Shown piece by piece: positions 61,257-64,000 of a stretch of DNA of 64,000 nucleotides. The notes under the pieces were generated by a model. That model made no database searches, was not told the origin of the DNA, and saw nothing but the letters and a program-made list of their open reading frames with translations. The position numbers and the translations under genes are program-made. The first letter of the stretch is position 1, and each line of letters opens with the position of its first letter. Source of the DNA: a virus; the IMG/VR virus record IMGVR_UViG_3300047289_000086. One strand, written 5' to 3'.

Positions 61257-61923
61257 ACTAAAAGCTCATGCAGCTGAGTTGGAATCAATTCTTGCCGCAC
61301 GAGCTTTTCTTTTGCCAACAGAACATGATTCTGGGTGGTATACAAAGAATTTTTCTAGTGCCTGGGTTCGTCGTGCTAACTTAGACATTATTGACGTATC
61401 GGAATCCAAAAAACTGTACATGATGCACTTATGTATATTTCCGCATACATACGATGCTGCCCCTATATACGGTTTTGATATTATAGCTGGCACAAACAAA
61501 GTTACAGGTGCTTTTTTAGATTTTTCACCTACAGGTGACCCTGAGCATCCTTTATGTAAATGGTTTCAAGAATTTGTAGAACCTACGTCGTGGGCAAAAC
61601 CACGAGAACTGCCAGAGTGGGCACGCAATATATTTTCAAATCGTATGGTTGCCGCAGGTAACATTAATACAGACTATGAAATGAGCGTAGTTTTAGAAAT
61701 TTCTAAAAAGTCATTGACATACTACTTAGACAATATACAAAAACATCGTCCTCGGTTAAAATACGAAGATATGGTAGCACAGCACGATTTTACTGACAAA
61801 CAAAATTATTATTGTCAGCAACAGAAATGTAACCCACATACTCCCAGAGTATTGAAAACACTAGGATTTAATGATGATCAAGTACATGAGTACATACATA
61901 AAGAATTATTTCCTGAAGTATGA
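61237..61923 (+). CDS. ferredoxin-dependent bilin reductase (PcyA/PebS/PcyX family)
   Basis: APIYGFDIIAG....GAFLDFSP matches the family PI(F/Y)G.D.......D.SP core. 228 aa. Confidence 0.75.
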   Translation: MSTIFNKLKAHAAELESILAARAFLLPTEHDSGWYTKNFSSAWVRRANLDIIDVSESKKLYMMHLCIFPHTYDAAPIYGFDIIAGTNKVTGAFLDFSPTGDPEHPLCKWFQEFVEPTSWAKPRELPEWARNIFSNRMVAAGNINTDYEMSVVLEISKKSLTYYLDNIQKHRPRLKYEDMVAQHDFTDKQNYYCQQQKCNPHTPRVLKTLGFNDDQVHEYIHKELFPEV

Positions 61924-61968
61924 GCAGCAATGGGTAGATTATTGGTATCACTACGGGGGACCTAAATA

Positions 61969-62388
61969 ATGTGGATCTTACAATTTTTACCAAACTGGTT
62001 ATTTTACTTAACATTATTAGCTGGCATAGCAGCATTTTTAGTTACCAAGTTTATTAAAGTATTACCCAACGCACAATTGATTCAACTAGCAAGCGTTGCC
62101 ACAGTTGTGGTCAGCACTTATATGATAGGTGCTATTAGCAACAACGATGCTTGGTTAGCCAAAATCAAAGACTTAGAAGTTAAAGTAGCAGAGGCGGAAG
62201 CCAAGTCTGCTGCCGCTAATACTGACATTGTGGAAAAAACGGTGACTAAAACTCAAGTCATCAAGCAACGCGGACAAGATATCATCAAGTATGTAGATCG
62301 CGAAGTTGTTAAGTTTGACGCTAATTGTGTAATTCCCAAAGAATTTGTAGCAACACATAATCAAGCAGCAGAGGCACCAAAGAAATGA
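61969..62388 (+). CDS. i-spanin (Rz-like)
   Basis: N-terminal TM region, coiled coil AKIKDLEVKVAEAEAKSAA, C-terminal C.IP.EF....N.AA pattern. Confidence 0.6.
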   Translation: MWILQFLPNWLFYLTLLAGIAAFLVTKFIKVLPNAQLIQLASVATVVVSTYMIGAISNNDAWLAKIKDLEVKVAEAEAKSAAANTDIVEKTVTKTQVIKQRGQDIIKYVDREVVKFDANCVIPKEFVATHNQAAEAPKK

Positions 62389-62648
62389 AATTATTATTAA
62401 TCCCACTAATTTTACTACTTAGTGCGTGTACAACTGTTCCTGTGGTCGCAAAGTTTCCGCAGGCTCCGGGTGCCCTAGTGCAAGAGCCTTGTCCTAACCT
62501 GCAAAAGCTTGAAGAACAAGCTAAACTGTCAGATGTGGCAAAAACTATCACAGTTAATTATTCAGAATACTATATGTGTGCTGTTAAACTAGAAGCCTGG
62601 CAACGTTGGTACAGCGAACAAAAAACCATTTATGAAAGTGTAAAGTAA
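62385..62648 (+). CDS. o-spanin lipoprotein (Rz1-like)
   Basis: Signal peptide with lipobox LLSAC, Pro-rich mature part, ATGA overlap with the i-spanin. Confidence 0.7.
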   Translation: MKLLLIPLILLLSACTTVPVVAKFPQAPGALVQEPCPNLQKLEEQAKLSDVAKTITVNYSEYYMCAVKLEAWQRWYSEQKTIYESVK

Positions 62649-63262
62649 TGGAACTACGACTAGATCAGTTAAAACAAATAGTTGACAAAAACCCTTACAT
62701 AGAGTACTGGCACAAAGCTTTAGTACAACTATTACCAGATTACGAAATTAATACCCCACAACGTATGGCTGCGTTTTTAGCACAATGTGCTCACGAGTCA
62801 GGTGGTTTTCGTGCAATCAAAGAAAATTTAAATTATCGTGCAGTTACACTCCGCAAGATTTTTGGTAAATACTTTCCAACAGACGAGATGGCAGCACAGT
62901 ATGCCAACAAGCCAGAAAAAATTGCTAATTTAGTTTATGCTAACCGTATGGGTAATGGAGGTCCAGAGTCGGGAGATGGTTATCGTTACTGCGGTCGTGG
63001 GTTAATTCAACTAACAGGCAAAGATAATTACTTTTGGTTTGCCGCTTCATTAGAAATTAGTCCAGAAGAAGCCAGCGAATACATGGAAACCTTTGAAGGT
63101 GCTGCACAGTCGGCTTGTTGGTTCTGGGAAACAAATAAGCTAAATCAGTGGGCAGATGCCGACGATATCCTTACCCTAACCAAACGTATTAACGGCGGCA
63201 CAATCGGTCTAGAAGATCGTATAAAACATTATGAACATGCCAAGCATGTACTAGGAGCATAA
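62648..63262 (+). CDS. endolysin, glycoside hydrolase family 19 (chitinase-like lysozyme)
   Basis: FLAQCAHESGGF...YCGRGLIQLTGKDNY catalytic-core pattern. Confidence 0.85.
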   Translation: MELRLDQLKQIVDKNPYIEYWHKALVQLLPDYEINTPQRMAAFLAQCAHESGGFRAIKENLNYRAVTLRKIFGKYFPTDEMAAQYANKPEKIANLVYANRMGNGGPESGDGYRYCGRGLIQLTGKDNYFWFAASLEISPEEASEYMETFEGAAQSACWFWETNKLNQWADADDILTLTKRINGGTIGLEDRIKHYEHAKHVLGA

Positions 63263-63265
63263 GCG

Positions 63266-63406
63266 GTGTTTTCCGCTTTGCTAATTTCATTGATATTAGC
63301 CCAAGCCAAACCTGAATACGAATGTGTTAGGTGGACATGGACTGGAGATGTATATAACAGAAAAGTAATTTGTTTAGAATGGCGTAAAAAGCCAGATAGG
63401 AGATAA
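63266..63406 (+). CDS. possible 46 aa secreted peptide (below cutoff)
   Basis: GTG start 8 nt after GGAG. Signal-like FSALLISLILAQA and two Cys. Confidence 0.3.
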   Translation: MFSALLISLILAQAKPEYECVRWTWTGDVYNRKVICLEWRKKPDRR

Positions 63407-63408
63407 GT

Positions 63409-63903
63409 ATGATAGATCCAATTACCGCACTAGCGGGGATACAATCAGCCATTTCAATGGTAAAGAAAGCTGCGCAAGTTGCTAACGATTTAGGGTCATT
63501 GGCTCCTATGATCGGTAAAATGTTTGATGCTAAGAGTACGGCTACTAAAGCTTTAATGGAAGCAAAGAAGTCTAAAAAAGGTTCAAACATGGGTACTGCT
63601 CTTCAAATTGAAATGGCACTAGAGCAAGCCAGGGCATTTGAAGAAGAACTTAAAATGTTGTTTATGCAAACAGGCAAAATAGATGTTTGGAATAAAATTA
63701 AAGCTCGTCAAGCAGAAATGGATGCAGACGATGCCAATGAAGTGCGACTTTTTAACGCTGAAGAACGTAAACGTAAACAAAAAGAACAAGAACTAAATGA
63801 GTGGGCCATAATACTAAGTGTTTGTGGATTTATACTATTCTTAATGTTTGTTGGCGGATATGAAATGATGCAGTATTGTGAAACTCACAGGTGTGGCAGA
63901 TGA
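63409..63903 (+). CDS. hypothetical protein with C-terminal TM anchor
   Basis: 164 aa, coiled-coil middle, C-terminal WAIILSVCGFILFLMFVGGY. Confidence 0.5.
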   Translation: MIDPITALAGIQSAISMVKKAAQVANDLGSLAPMIGKMFDAKSTATKALMEAKKSKKGSNMGTALQIEMALEQARAFEEELKMLFMQTGKIDVWNKIKARQAEMDADDANEVRLFNAEERKRKQKEQELNEWAIILSVCGFILFLMFVGGYEMMQYCETHRCGR

Positions 63904-64000
63904 ACGAGTACCAAAAAACAGCCGATATTTGTTTTAAAATATTTGTATACGGATGTGTTGCACTTTGGTTTTTAGGCTTTTTAAAATTTTTACCAGACGA
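63900..64000 (+). CDS. partial CDS (5' end), membrane protein
   Basis: ATGA overlap with the previous stop. MNEYQKTADICFKIFVYGCVALWFLGFLKFLPD... runs off the window. Confidence 0.35.
   Translation, partial: MNEYQKTADICFKIFVYGCVALWFLGFLKFLPD

Noticed and set aside
63490-63498. An isolated TTAGGGTCA copy inside gene 63409..63903.
   Set aside because: A single distant copy is within chance expectation for a 9-mer in 64 kb. I do not count it as part of the cluster.

Overview
The window is a contiguous piece of a tailed dsDNA phage genome. The tape-measure gene is 1565 codons, so the tail is long and siphovirus-like. Spanins with a lipobox and an LpxH-family gene imply a Gram-negative host.

Layout:
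(1) 80-7041, + strand: a tightly packed early or nucleotide-metabolism operon of small overlapping ORFs, including ThyX and a MazG-like protein.
(2) 7050-8430: an ORF-free block, G+C-enriched by hand count. It has sigma70-type promoters, a shared bidirectional terminator and many copies of the 9-mer TGACCCTAA.
(3) 8435-15125, - strand: an accessory island. It holds four paralogous small HTH proteins, two SprT-like zincins, a PQ-loop protein next to a second 3-TM protein, a DEDD exonuclease, a HAD phosphatase and an HNH-like nuclease. The intergenic spaces carry a repeated family of + strand promoter/hairpin/terminator cassettes, antisense to the genes.
(4) 15428-60718, + strand: packaging, head, tail and fibre genes. 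Order: TerS; an LpxH-like/GT2/ATP-grasp-like insertion; TerL; a Dps moron; HNH; portal; a protease-scaffold-capsid fusion; connector; major tail protein; G/G-T chaperones with a GGGAAAC slippery site; tape measure; a K-I-J-like fusion; a very large set of fibre proteins.
(5) 60720-61923: a heme oxygenase plus ferredoxin-dependent bilin reductase pair (auxiliary metabolic genes).
(6) 61969-64000: lysis genes (i-spanin, o-spanin, GH19 endolysin).

No tRNA, rRNA, CRISPR array, integrase or transposase was recognised.

The leads I rate highest are the ORF-free block as a candidate ~0.9 kb ncRNA, the alternating-orientation TGACCCTAA motif, and the antisense promoter-hairpin cassettes. All functional calls rest on motif recognition by eye. 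No database search was run.
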